A stretch of 63,987 bases of DNA, filler included, from Basidiobolus ranarum (Eukaryota), in the NCBI GenBank assembly GCA_040143965.1. It is 4 parts of 4 records of this genome, joined end to end, with 100 filler letters (N's around TTAATTAATTAA, not from the genome) between each part and the next. Parts side by side here need not be neighbours in the genome. Positions count along the whole stretch, not along the records: positions 1 to 16,479 come from JASJQH010000341.1; 3 more parts are not named here. One strand, given 5' to 3'. This document shows positions 1-13,197 of the stretch, piece by piece. The stretch's first letter is position 1, and each line of letters begins with the position of its first letter. Both the position numbers and the translations under genes were made by a program. The notes under the pieces were generated by a model that was given only the letters and a program-made list of their open reading frames with translations, was not told the origin of the DNA and did not search any database.

Positions 1-1
1 T

Positions 2-680
2 TCCACTTACCAAATTCTTCTCACCATTACCAAGATCCGTAATTCAAGAGTCAGATACACCAGCATATATTGACAAAAAGGCTTGATTTTATGTGCAACC
101 AAGTACATCAGTGGGAGAGTGCAAAAGCTGGAAGTTTATCCAACACCTGGCACCTTGCAACAAGCTAAAACACCAGCAAATAAGACTTGTGGCTCTCCAA
201 CCTCAACTGGTACTTTTCAATGTGTTGAAATTAGCCCCAAACTTAAAGGCAGGCAAAAAGTTGCCCAAACACCCAAAAGCACCCTCAGTAGTGGCACACT
301 ACAAGGATGTATAAAAATAGTCAAAGTGCTTGAGGAGTATTTTCAAAAGTATGAAGGGAGAAACTCATTGTAAATATGCAGAAGGTGGCTTCAGAAGAAG
401 AACATTCTACTTGACATTCAGTCTGGTGTTGATCATCCAGATATCTGTGAAGAGCTTAACACAGAGTGGCACAATATTGTAAGGTATCTGCCAGATGGCT
501 GGAAGAATATTGATTCCACAACTTTAATCTAATAGTGTGCTTTGATTGAGATATTAATATAAACTTGTGTTGGATATGAGCTAAACCTTGGGTATGAAGG
601 ACTCTATAAAAACATTCAGGAGAATTTATCAAGGAAACTAGGGATTTTGAAGGTGACAAATTAGCATTCAAGTGGTAAAT
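2..680 (+). pseudogene. Decayed reading frame of unknown origin (possibly a transposon relic) in a CpG-depleted block
   Basis: The frame of ORF 83..373 continues on both sides as protein-like sequence (…YEGRNSL*ICRRWLQKKNILLDIQSGVDHPDICEELNTEWHNIVRYLPDGWKNIDSTTLI**CALIEILI*TCVGYELNLGYEGLYK…). It is interrupted by in-frame TGA/TAA/TAG stops without a frameshift. CG dinucleotides are almost absent. Confidence 0.45.
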
Positions 681-3595
681 ATGTATAATTTGAGTTATAT
701 TTTTGGCACATGTGTTGATTCATAGTTCTCCAAGATTGTAGCCAATTATATGCAACTATTTTGAAAGATTTGAAATTTCACTCCTGAACTGAAAAAATCG
801 CTCAAAATCAAATCTAACTTGACAATTTTATGATGATAAGTAAGTGGTTACCCCAATATAGATTAAAATTGTGACAGTTTTCATACAATAACAATCTTGA
901 ATTTTCCATTAGGGAACTGGTAAAATTGGTGGTTTTACTAACTGGTTTATTGAGGGTAAGTTGATAATTATATTTTTGTCAAGAGTATAGCTAGTTTCAT
1001 GGCTATAGATGTGCTTGTGCTGTGATACTATCAATGTATCTGAGGCTTATATAGATAATGCAGGAAGAAATATAATATACTTAATAGCAAGTGCACTGTG
1101 ATGGGTATTGGTGTTATTGTGTTGGAGATAGCAATAGCCAACCATTAGAATGTGTTATGAGGGTGGCAGGCAACTTATATGGTGCTGGTGGATATGATTG
1201 ATTGGGATTCATGCTACATTATAAAAAGCTTGACTTTGTGATATGGTAAAATAGGTGGGGACTTTACTGCAAAAGTAATCTGTAAGTTAGTATTCCTGTG
1301 AAGAGGACTATTCTTTAAACTGGCCATCAAGGTAGGGAATGTGCTGAATAATACTTTGTTGTGTACACTCAAGATAACCAGAACACTGTGCTATGACCTG
1401 GTATTTAAAGATATTACATAATAAACATATTTATATTATAGCCACTAATAAATATTCAATCAGTTACCTTACTGGAATTTTGCTTTTTTTTCTGCAAAAT
1501 AATAAAGATCTGGTCAGAATTTCACCCAAACATTTGTTCTAAAACACTAGGTCACAATAATAAGATTCTTGAATATCTCCACAATACCAGTATTTTTAAG
1601 ACTGCAAATGCGTAGAGTTACACATGTTGATTACATTGAAAGTGAAATCCAAGTCAGATTTTCCCTGGCTGTGCAATATTCTTAATGTTACTATTCAATA
1701 TATACAAAGCAGATCACGGGATTCAAATATACAAAAATCCAAGTATTTCGCTTCAATACTTGCGGAATGCTCTAATTTATACAAAGTATATATTGCAGGC
1801 TGAATTTGAGTTATTGAGCCAAATAAGGGGTTTCAAGCACCTTAATACCCTTCCAAACCACATGGGCACAATAGATTCTACATCCCTGATGGTTAGAATC
1901 ATTCTAAACACACACATAGTTGTACAGTTGGAAGGGAGAAAATCGAATGAATAGCAACAATGGCACCATATGAGTAAGTGACGAGGATGATCTACATCAG
2001 CAATCTTGGTATCCGCATCGTCATCAAATCACATCTTACAGAACAGGATACAAGAAATAGAGGAAAACACCTTTACCACTTACGGGATACTCTGTCTTAT
2101 CAAGGGATAACTAGTATCAAAAAAATATTGCAAACGAGTGTATGCATCCATTCACTCTGACTAATTTCCGCTCCTAAGCTGATGATTAAGGTGGTGCTTG
2201 ACATGTACCACTTCGCACGCTGTAAATCTGATAAGAGCACAATGGCTTGTATGGCTACTTAGAGTACATCTTACCATAAGGACTTGTTGCCTAGCGTAAG
2301 TACCACTATATCTCCTAATAGATCTCTGATACGTCTATGGTGCGTAAAGTAGAATAGAAGAGGCACATGGTGGCATTCTTACATGCTGAAGGTGCTTGTG
2401 GCCACTCCAGCAAGCGGCAAGTCTGAAACGCTCGTTGGTCATGAAAAGCATTTTCTTCCCAGGATCCTTCTCCTTTAATCCAAAGCAAGCAATGATTGGA
2501 ATAGAGGGACTGTCGCATTTGGGTACCGCCAAGTTGTATAGAATACACCGCCTAATTGCTAATCATTGGCCAGATGGATTAGGAAAGATTTGTGACAACC
2601 CTTTTGTTGGTAAGCCAATGAGGTGGTGCAGAAGATTAATTTGTTCTTAATAGTTAATGTAGCAATTCAATCGCTCTCTTGCTTCGTGCGTATTCACGCT
2701 GTTACAAATTTGATTAATTTAAAAAGTATCTATAATATGTTGAGATCATCGGAGGTATTTTCTATACATGGCCTTCAAGTATAATTGAAAGGAGCCTAGG
2801 GAACATTCGAATCCGAAACATGGCCACCTGAGTAATTTGCCTGGTCACCAGATGTATAATCGCTAGCGAGTGTGTGGTCCAGTGTGGCCACGCTCAGCTA
2901 GTCTGCTCAGTATGACACTGTAATAATCTCAGATTGCAGATTTGGGTGTGGGGAGAGGTGCACTAAGAATAGATTGCCATGACTAAGGATCATCGAGATT
3001 TCAGAGATTATACCTTTACATCCCTCTATTACCTACATGGAGTTCCATTTTAATTTAGTGGTAATTCATGCACTCCTATCTCCTCACATAGCTCAAGTTG
3101 TCATGTCAAGGAAGGATATCAGTTTCTAGTAACTTTATTTCGTCTGGGAAATTCTCATGGTGCGATCTAAAGCCACGATGAGACTGAACACAAATTCCCC
3201 ACAAATGCACATCACTTTATCAGCGAGAAACTCGTGCAATTATTAAGTAAACCAGAGGTGCAGCTTCTCAGCTTATAGGAGCTCTAAAGTAAATTAAGGG
3301 GCTAACTCGCTTGGTAGGATTGCACAGTCACCCTAGGCGTAGCTGGTCGAGGACTCTTGTTTACATCCAGATTGCAAGTACGTCTTAAAATGAGTGATGC
3401 AAAAAGGAGAACGGACTGAAGATGAGTGGTCCGTTCTCTAATAGCCCAGGGCGTGAATAAATAGAGGGTATGGTGCCGATTGAAGCTTTCGGACAGCTTT
3501 GAGATATCATTCTCTGATATCTTACTTTTTTCTTCACTTCCCTTACTGCCTCCCCCATATCCTGTTCTTGTCTCTTCTTTCCTTTCAACTTTCAC

Positions 3596-4342
3596 ATGGT
3601 AGTTTCGTGCATATTCGCTGTGGTATCATGGCTTGTCAATGGGTTTGCCAAGTGTTGGACAGCCACACTTCTTCTTATTCAAACGGCACTGGTGGCTCTC
3701 TTTGGGATATCAACAGTTCAAAGATTTTACAAGTATTTCGATTACTTGTTCCTTCTTAACACGCGTAACACAGGCAAAATACGAAGATCTCAGTATAGCG
3801 CAGTCACATCCCCGGTGAATAATACAGTAGCACCATCTGAAACGGAAGTGGACTACCTGTTGACCCTGATTTGGATACCACATCAGTTCTTGATTTATCT
3901 GATTGATTTCTTCGCACTTCATTTCATCTATCAAGAATTCTTACGCGGCTACAAGCTTGCAAAGGAAATTAGTATGCTGATTAGAGAACTAGTTGCCAGG
4001 CCCAACAACACCAATACCGCTTCACTTAAACCTACCTTGGCTGTCGAATTCGACACACCAGAGGATGATGTGGTCCCCTCAGATGAAAGAGAAGTACGAT
4101 CATTTAGCACTAATGAAATCATCGAATCCATTGAGGGCCCTATTCGTAGTCCATTTAGTGAACTCTTCATACCACCTGTGAGAAGCGATCTCCTTCATCA
4201 AGTCAACAGCACTAAAGAATCACGTAAACGTAAACCCAGTTTACTAAGTAGACTTTCTCCGAAACCTGGAAAACCTTTTCAAACTTTTAAAATGAAGAAA
4301 TTTCTTGGTCGTTTGAGTTTGCGCAATAAACCAAGAAACTAA
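3596..4342 (+). CDS. Hypothetical protein (248 aa) with hydrophobic N-terminal segments and a basic C-terminal tail
   Basis: Intact ATG-initiated 248-codon ORF, preceded by a pyrimidine-rich stretch and followed by an AT-rich 3' region with AATAAA. No family recognised. Confidence 0.6.
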   Translation: MVVSCIFAVVSWLVNGFAKCWTATLLLIQTALVALFGISTVQRFYKYFDYLFLLNTRNTGKIRRSQYSAVTSPVNNTVAPSETEVDYLLTLIWIPHQFLIYLIDFFALHFIYQEFLRGYKLAKEISMLIRELVARPNNTNTASLKPTLAVEFDTPEDDVVPSDEREVRSFSTNEIIESIEGPIRSPFSELFIPPVRSDLLHQVNSTKESRKRKPSLLSRLSPKPGKPFQTFKMKKFLGRLSLRNKPRN

Positions 4343-4866
4343 CTGGTTATTTTACCCATCCATTAGCACACACCGCCTCATCTCCCTATATCACCACCCA
4401 AACTATCCATCAGATTTGATCTTGAGCACCTATTTATTTATCCATTTATTTATTTTATGTTTTCCGCTCACTGCCCCTTAAGAAATGATAATTTGTTTAG
4501 AAAGTTTATGTAAATAAAGCTACTTTACTCTCTGCCTTCCATTAGGAATGAAATGAGTTATGCTTGCTACTTTGAGGTTACAGTGCTGTTTATTATTTCG
4601 AGGAAAAGCTCCATGAAAACTCAGAAAGGGAAGGCAGGTCCTTCTCCACAAGTTTCCAATCAAAATATGAAATATCTTCATGAAACATATCATGAATGTC
4701 TCGCCTGTCTAGGATATATAATGAAATAACAATGCAGCAAGTGCTATCACTTTGACCCGAATATGAGAGAGTTCTATAGGTAATTCCAACAGTCTATGGT
4801 GAATCTGGCTAGTATACAAGCCTTTAGTACCCGACAATCAAAGGAGTATCTAGTCTTGTCGGTATT

Positions 4867-7273
4867 CTAGTATCGTGGGTATGCGTGAGGAGTGTATGAT
4901 AGTTCCACTCCAAAATCATCCAAAGCAGATTGGCCCATGTGGTCGTTCTCGTGCTGCTCCTGCAAAGTAAAGTGATAAGGTGAGGCATTATTAATCATTG
5001 GATGAGAGGCCACGGTTGATGTATTCATAAACTGATATTCCGTCAGCTGTGCATCAGCAAACAGTAGCATTTGTGAACTTGGTTGATTGGAGTCATCAGG
5101 CATATTGATCATGGTTTCTAGGTCAATCGGTATGCTTGAGTTGTGGGTTGGCTCTACATGCAATACTGGGCATTGGCTATATCCAGCCATCCCATTTACT
5201 AGATTTGAATATATGGTTAGATCAGGTGCAATGAGCCATGATGAGGTGTCAAGCAGTGGTGTGCAATGTGAAGAATATGCATCGGGCTTTCCTGGCAACA
5301 AGTCATAGGTACTGTTAATGATCGAATTGCCGCTGATGATGGTAGGGTGGTCTTTGGCAGATATCACTGGTTGGGCTGTAGATACTGGAATGTCGTTCAA
5401 CCTGGCAAGTTGGGATTCTAAGAATTTCGAATACACGTCTGCTAATTTCCACAGCTTACTCATCTCCTTCAGCGATTTTATTAATAAATTGAGGCAAACC
5501 AAAGATTTATTTGATTGCGCAGGACTTTTACATCTACAACCAATAAGGAAGAATCGGGCCGCTACAAATACGCAAAAATCGAGGAATGGCCTGACCTGGT
5601 CTCCAGAGGCGTTTGGCACTTCTTGGGCAATTGCAATGATAGCCCTGGCTTCGCTAAAGCAGAGCTTTGCTGACTCGATGGAGCTCATGGTGGCCATTTT
5701 GACCGCCTGATCGTTGTGTTTCTTAAGTCTAGGCAGATGTAGCAATATTTTCGACGTATGCTTAAAAGCATGCATCAGTGCAATCATGGTTAGATTAGAC
5801 TCAGTAGCCATTGAAGTTTTTTTTGAGAATTGTAATGGAAGATCATTCTCCCAGAATGCCAGCGCCGCACTCAATATCTCGAAGGTTTCTTCTCGATCCC
5901 CGGCAGGATATTTTTCATATCCGCTGTTGAATTTAGAAATCCTTCCTAACAGTACGACTAGTGCAAGGAAATATGAAAACGGAGACGCTGGTGATCGATT
6001 GCTCGACGATTCTACAACTACAAATTCGGCGCGTAATTGTAGTACCTGACTTTCAACAGGAATTTGCGTCTCCCAAAAACAATCCTCACATGGAAGATTC
6101 ACACAAAAATCGTCTTCATCAATTCCCCAAGGGCGCCCCGACTCTATACTAACCATCCTATCATAAAGAAAGCAAAGCCACCAAACTCGTCTTTTAGTCT
6201 CCAATTCAACCCAGGCTTCGGGATGCAGCTGAGTAATATCTTGATTATACTCATCAATTTTGTGAATTCCCATTCCCTGTGCCAACCTGAGGAAAATGAA
6301 GTATTAAAACTTGTGGAATGATGATAATACTACTTAAGAAATACGTGTATCAATAACAATTCGATTAACAACCTAGTGGCCATTCCTGGATTGGAGTAAA
6401 GTAGTGTAAGTTTGTGGATCCAGGTTATTAAAAAAGTAACGGTCTACCAATATATAGAGAGCTCTTGTTGAAATCGGCTTGAGAAAACTCGTAGAAACAC
6501 ATTATTAGTAGAGCTTGGATAAGCTCAACAGAAGGCTCCTCACAACAATCCAAAAGTTGACTTTGTACTAGATCTCTAAAAGGTTTTCCGCTTTTACCCG
6601 AAGAATCATTAGATAGGTATCGACAAGTAATTGCGCATATGCTATGAAGAAGTAGTTTTCTCGAGAACGTGTTGGTTGAACCTTCTATAAGAAAACGTGG
6701 GTGAACTATGGGAATATGATGATGAAGGTGTTCGAAGTAGATATTCAGAAGCTGCTGAACATCCTTGACTACATCGCTCCGGATCTTCTTATTCGGTGAT
6801 TCATCTATAGACGGCTGGTCATCTATAGTATCAATCGATAACTCTTTCACTTTCACTCGTTTCCTATAACTTTCACTGGAGACGGCCGAGTGCGAATGAA
6901 ATTTATATGGCGGCTCCTCGTTAGGATACAGAACACCTTTTGCTTTCTCTTTTTTAACTTTTGTTTGGTTTTTTCGAGCGTTGGTAGAAGAATTCAACTC
7001 AACAATTTTTCCACCATCCATTTTCAAAACGGCGTGACGGAAGTTCCCTTGCGAACCGGATAAAAAACTCAAGGATTCCATTATATTATGTCTGGGTCCA
7101 CGTCTTTTGTTGCCGGTGAGAAAAGTACAAGGTGTTTTAAGTTTATGGCAATTTTCACATGCAGGTTTTGTTGCGTCACATTTCACCTTCATTATTCTAC
7201 ACCGATCACAAGCTTGTGTCAAACGCTTTTTCTTGTCCGCTATGAATATCGCATTTGATACAGACACACTCAT
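4867..7273 (-). CDS. Zn(II)2Cys6 fungal transcription factor with fungal-specific TF (middle homology) domain; 3 exons (7273-6448, 6385-6373, 6286-4867)
   Basis: ACDRCRIMKVKCDATKPACENCHKLKTPC binuclear cluster, plus YFEHLHHHIPIVH and ETKRRVWWLCFLYDRMVSIESGRP motifs. Splicing at GT-AG sites restores YIGMATRLAQGMGIH. Confidence 0.92.
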
Positions 7274-8179
7274 TCTACCGGTAAAGATAGTATAGCGGGT
7301 AATACGGTCCAAGTGATAAGGGTCAACAAGAGCTAGAGGGATGAAACCAAAATCCAAAACGTAGTCCAAGGGCGTGGGGAGATTCGTGACATTAGGTCCT
7401 TATTTCCCCCTTACTGAACCCCAAAAACCATAACTTATAAGGACTTGATCGGCAGCAATATATTAGTTTTAGGATTTAAAGTCAACCCAAAGATGGTAAA
7501 ATGCAAATATGTTTGTAACACCAAATCTGATAACTTTTCTACAAAAATGGGAAGGACACTTAGGAGATCCTAGATCACAATTTTGAGCCACAACCACTAC
7601 GATAAATGGTCAGAGACTGGATTTTAAATAGTACACAATGCGCATCTTCGGGTACTACCTAGACTTCCGATAAATTGAGCCTAAACATGCACTATTCGAG
7701 TCGGATTCCAATTCCGAGAACTATCGGATTTTTCCATTTGAATCAGAGTGGAACAATTGTTCAAGAAATTCTGTGTAATACGAGAGGGCATATTGCATGA
7801 CTTGTACGCGTTGTTTAGTGAGCATAATCTTAGAAAGACCTTGCGAATTTTTTACAAATAGTGAATATAATATCGTATTACAGACTTTAGCCATATTTGG
7901 GTATGAAATTCCACAGAGTCAATGTTGAGTCTTTTTACTGGGTCATTTAATGATCTTTGGTTTGTATAATTGATATAGATGTTCAGGACCCCTGAATCAA
8001 TCTTGCTCTTGTGCTAATGGTAAACTAGAATGAAGGGTTGGATTTCAAGGAATGTGAATTCGCATGATGTCAAAATCCAGTTGATTTTACGCGATAGAGT
8101 TATGGTAGCACTATACATATCCTAACATTCGACGGGAAATGCCAACCTTTGAGATGTAGGCTACTGTAAACACCTCACT

Positions 8180-9943
8180 CTAGTATAATGCTCTTCCACC
8201 TAATTCAGCATGGTAGTCGATATATCTATTTTGGACTTCGGTAAGCACGTCATATGAGAGACCCTCGATGGTATAAGGATACGACAGAAGAATGTACAAT
8301 CGTTGTAGCTTTTTGCAATCTTGCATAATCATCCTTAAATGATCGTCAGATAAGGTTTTATTGTCTCGTATAGTTAAGACCTTGAGACTGCGGCCATAAG
8401 TTGCGATGCTTTCTAGAATGTCATTCGTGACCGGCCATCTATCAACATTTAGTGATTCAAGATGGCTTCCGTGGATGCAGATTAGATCAGTAAGCTCAGA
8501 TGTTGATGAAGATGCCCCCTCGTAGGCCTCAGGCCACCTTGGCCACTCTACATCCAAATCAGTTATTCGATAGCAATATTTAGTTATATTCCTGATTGTA
8601 TCTCCGGAAATGAAGGTCTCTGATAAATTTAAAGTTTCCAAAGTCTTTCCGTTGGTCTCCAGTATTTTTTTGATCGCTACATCACCTATGCGTGTTCTTC
8701 TTAGTGACAACTCACGTAATTTGGAACAACACTTGGCAATAACAAAGGCAATGTGATCGTTGAGTGAAAAATTTTTATCCAGGTGAAGTGTTTGAAGGCT
8801 GTTTCCGCATTTAGATAGAAGATGCACCCAAGTATCAAAGGGAGGTCTGCTAACATCCATGATGCTTGTTAGACATAACCGCTTTAGTTTAGGTGAAATA
8901 TATTGAGCTAAACAAAATAGGCAGCTGGGAGAAACGGTAAATTTGGATAATTCTAATGATTTCAAAAAAGGACCATGACTTTTCCATACTTCATTCAAAG
9001 CATGTTGAGGTACTAATGGTTCTCGATGAAGACATAATTTAAGCTGTACCAATTGGCCATGGTAAATTTGTGCCAAACCATAGCATAACTTCTCAATCAA
9101 GGTGTACCTACTATTATCCGAATGTGTGAGCTCGATTTCTAGGGATCTTAACCGCGGGCATTGTATAGACAAACACTCGATGAATGCTTCTGATACATTA
9201 ACTACTTTGAAGCTCAAGTGCTCAAGGACAGGCGTATGAGCTAATATTCTTTCAACCAATCCACCTGAGGAATGTGGGCATGTTAAAGAAAGCGATTTAA
9301 CAGGGGAGTTTGGTAGCATGTCCATCTCATTCATATCTAAATTTTGAAGTAAAGGAAAATCGGTATCCAAATTCACCGCCAGCTCTTCAAGAGCAGTGCA
9401 CCCAGCTAGAATGCTACATAAATCTCGAATAACTCTACAGAATGAGATCCGAGTGTCTCGGTAATGCAGCGTCTTTAACCCTGGCAGTGCTTCATACGCG
9501 ATATATTTAAGTAGAGTAGTGGAAGCATGCGATATATTTACAAATGGTAGGGATATGTATTGTAAATTTGGAAGCGAGCTTACTAATCTAGGAATTTCTT
9601 CTATGGATTGGATTTGATACATGTACATATCGAACGAAAATTTGCTTATCAACATTCGAGCTAAATATATTTTGAAAATGCTGAGCTACGAAATCGTTTA
9701 AATATTAGTGAAAATACCTTTTGTATTATTCAGAACTATTTCTTTGAATGCTAGATATGAACTTTGACTATTAAACCTCGGCTTACTCCACAACAATGGT
9801 AATGTTATGTCGGACCAAGTCCTGTTGACCAGACAGCATGCCCATAAGTCGGCCAAATCACTCAGCAAATATGACAGTATAGTACTTAGGATTTCAGGCG
9901 AAAGTTCGTAAAGAATTGTACTGCGATCGTCAATCACGCTCAT
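8180..9943 (-). CDS. F-box / leucine-rich-repeat (RNI-like) protein; 2 exons (9943-9718, 9660-8180)
   Basis: F-box LSPEILSTILSYL…LWACCLVNRTWS…LW in exon 1 and many LxxLxL repeats (LRELSLRRTRIGD, LETLNLSETFISG) in exon 2. The GT-AG intron joins them in frame. Confidence 0.88.
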
Positions 9944-11217
9944 AATTCAGAGTAAAGGTAATCAACCACAAATAATCAATAACGATCTCTTAAGTCGTCG
10001 TTCTATTATTAAGTAGAAGTTGACCCAGGTTGGTTATTGGCCACTATGACAGTATGCACTCTCTGAGAAAATTGTGTACATTGTGCTTGGGCTGAATTTA
10101 CTTTGTATGAGTAAACAAACGCCTATCTGCATACATGCTGTCAAAATTCACCAAATGTGTGCTGATCTGGCAATATATTGTATGACTGCTGTAGCTGGAA
10201 CTACTTGAATGTATTTATTGAAGTGATTATTTTGTACTTCAGAGCGTTTGTAAACAAACAGAACGCCAGATATGGTAATTCCGTGAATGCACTAATTTAG
10301 TAAATGCAAAATTCTATATTTATCTAAGTTGATGCAGAGCCTCTAAGTTTTACCCGGTAAATGGGGAGAAAGGTATTAAGCAGTGGATATAAGCAACTGC
10401 ATGGTGATGATTGAGATTGAGCTGGATGTCACTGAAGCTGGACAAGCAAGAGTAGTGAGCTAGATGCAGTATCTCTAATTAATATGACAAAAATTGATGA
10501 GAGAAACGTCTGCGTTGAAGAATATTAAGATCAAATAGAAATGTACAGTAGTAGAGAACACGGTAGCGAAGATGGTAAGCAGAGAAACGGTTTTCACTGA
10601 ACACTTTGAGAATGTACGTGAAATTCTAACGATGCGATTTTGTTACTGTTATAATTGATAGTATTTGATGAAGCTCGATTGAAATTTACTTCTCTTCTTA
10701 CGTTGAGAGCTGAAGTGATATCTAACACTACTTGATGTGCTGCTATGTTATGTTCACGATGACCTTGATTAACAACGTACGAAGAATAATCCGAATGTTT
10801 CAATGGAGGGTATTATTGCTACACATCTGATAACCAGTTGCATTATTATACATTACACCTGATAACAAGTTGCAAAAAGGAATAATAACGACAATCAAAT
10901 CAAGAGCTTTATGTACAATTTCTGAAATCTTCACCTTTACCCGCTCCCTTTCGTGGTATAAGCATCTCCTTCAACTTATTGCAATGGTTTACCTGTGCCA
11001 ATGCTCTCTATTGACTCAGTTTTGGAATATACATAGTTGAATTTTTGATTTTCTCAGCTCTGCAACATGCCAATTTAGCAAGTATTAAGAGTCCTAGTCG
11101 ATCTTAATAAAGTCCATACTATGGAAGGCCTAAGCTGACTAAAAATAAATATATCAGGTTGTCGGCTAGCAGTATGGTAAGAAAGGAGAATGTCTACTGT
11201 GGATTTATTGACGACTT

Positions 11218-12910
11218 CTAAGGGTTAGTACTTTGATCTAATGGTGATTTCTTGGGGACAGCAACTAAAGCTAGGTTTTCCAAAGAGATATCTTTATCAA
11301 CATAATACACAAGTCTAGCGTCGAACCCATGCTTTTGTAGGTATGTGACTCGACCCATGTCAAAAATTCGTTTACATTGTCTACCAATTTTCTCTCGCTC
11401 CTCATGTGACAATCCGGAATAGTGCGTTTGACTTGATTGATAATCATCAGTATCGGTAAACAAAATAACATATTACATTCATAATAAACTTACCCTTGCT
11501 GTATATCTTCAGCTTCAACGCACTCTAGAGTATGTTCATCTGGCTCTTCTCCTTCCTTCGGCATTTGTCCACAGATTGCCCAGCTACTCATCGAAGTTAG
11601 CAACTGAAACTCGTCTTGGGTCAATCCAATTTCTAACAGATATTCTTGATTTGGGTACATATTGTAGCGGCACACTTGATGACAACACAAAGCAATAACA
11701 ATGCCAAGGATACCGCTATTTTTTTGGCTCTCGTAATAATTCATGAGACACTTCAAGGTTAAATCTGTTGCAGCACCGCATAGATGCTTAGATAGTGCTA
11801 CTATTGGTTTGCCTTTGACAGTGTCAACACACGATAAGTCCAAATCTTTAATATCCATCCAAATTCTTTCAACAGTTGACTCGATTCCTCCTTCCCCTCT
11901 AATTGCGCTGTCAAACTAAGAAGCAAATTAATTTTACGATCAATATGTTACTTTCTTACTATCGAATTAAAAAGTAGCTTTGTACCTTTCCTCTGCATTT
12001 CTTGCGGTCTATCAAAACGTACGTGCCTTGAGATCCATTAGCAGTTGCTTTGTGAAGATAGTTGGATAGTTCACCTGTTGTATAATAAAGTGAGAAGATA
12101 TAAGGTGATATCAAGTAAAACGGCAAAATACATACCTCTACCAGCTCCAAATTCTACGAAGCAAGCGTCAGGGATAAGAAGATTTTGTTTTCTCATGTGT
12201 CCAAGCAATGAGGCCTACTCGATGCCTGAAGTATTAGAAAAACCCTAAGCTACAGTCGTGTAACCTACGTACCTGTTGAATGGCGTGCTTTCTTCCAGTA
12301 GTAACAACTTGCCTAAAACGATGTCGACAAAACGTAAGCATTTTAAAACCTATCAAAGTTGTAAATTAGAATGAAGCTTACAGTCTATCTTTTAGAGCAT
12401 CATGATCCAAAACCTCTTTCTGAAGTTCGGGAAGTTGTTCAGTATATATTCTACGGACTTTATCGATAATATCTTGAAGGCTAGCTTTATCTAGAGAAGA
12501 GAGTAAAGTCTTAGGCTTAATCTCTTCTATAGATTGGGAAAGCGTAACGTTGATATTTTTGCTGAAACAAGATCTGGGTGGTGGTGGACGAGAGTTGCAT
12601 TTGGATTCCATATGCTTTTCTAATTCGCTTTCGAATACTGAACTAAAGGTAAATCTGTTAGATTTATGTCCATATCTAAAGTTAAGTGTTCGGGCTCGAG
12701 AAGTACATACTGTGAAGGGTCGAAAGGGCAGGGAACGCGTTTTCGGTCCAAATTATCCTGATGCACAAGATGTTCACCGCAGTATTGATTACTTTGCTTG
12801 GCCTTTAGGTGGCAAAATCTTCTTTTTCTTTTAACCCAGAAATTACATTGTCCCGGTTTATTTGGTGGAGGTGGAATCGGTTCCTCTGTTGCTTTATGTT
12901 TTTTTGTCAT
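11218..12910 (-). CDS. TRM13: tRNA:m4X (position-4 2'-O-ribose) methyltransferase Trm13, multi-exon
   Basis: N-terminal CCCH finger CNFWVKRKRRFC…YCGEH, U11-48K-type finger RVPCPFDP, and VEFGAGR, MDIKDLDL, SKHLCGAATDLTLKC, IALCCHQ, MSSWAICG and YYVDKDISLEN motifs spread over the short ORFs. Confidence 0.93.
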
Positions 12911-13197
12911 CTCTCGATTGAGTACAATTTTTGCGAAGATTCACCGGTATAAGGTAAACTTTTATTCCTTTGAGGAAAATTCCTGAAAAAAAATATAACT
13001 AGACTGCTTTACTCGAATTAGAATTGAATGAAAAATCCGATCAAAACCACAAATCATTCATTATTAAAATTAATTAACATTATTAGAACACTATGCACAA
13101 GAAAAAAAGTCATTATATGCAAGCAAAAATTTGGTCAAGTAAATTTGGGAGGCTCTGCGAGAACGGACAAAGTTACAAGTAGAACTCTTTATTCTCC

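Noticed and set aside
2160-2650. Overlapping short ORFs on both strands, possibly a pseudogene
   Set aside because: No identifiable motif, so a product call would be unsupported.
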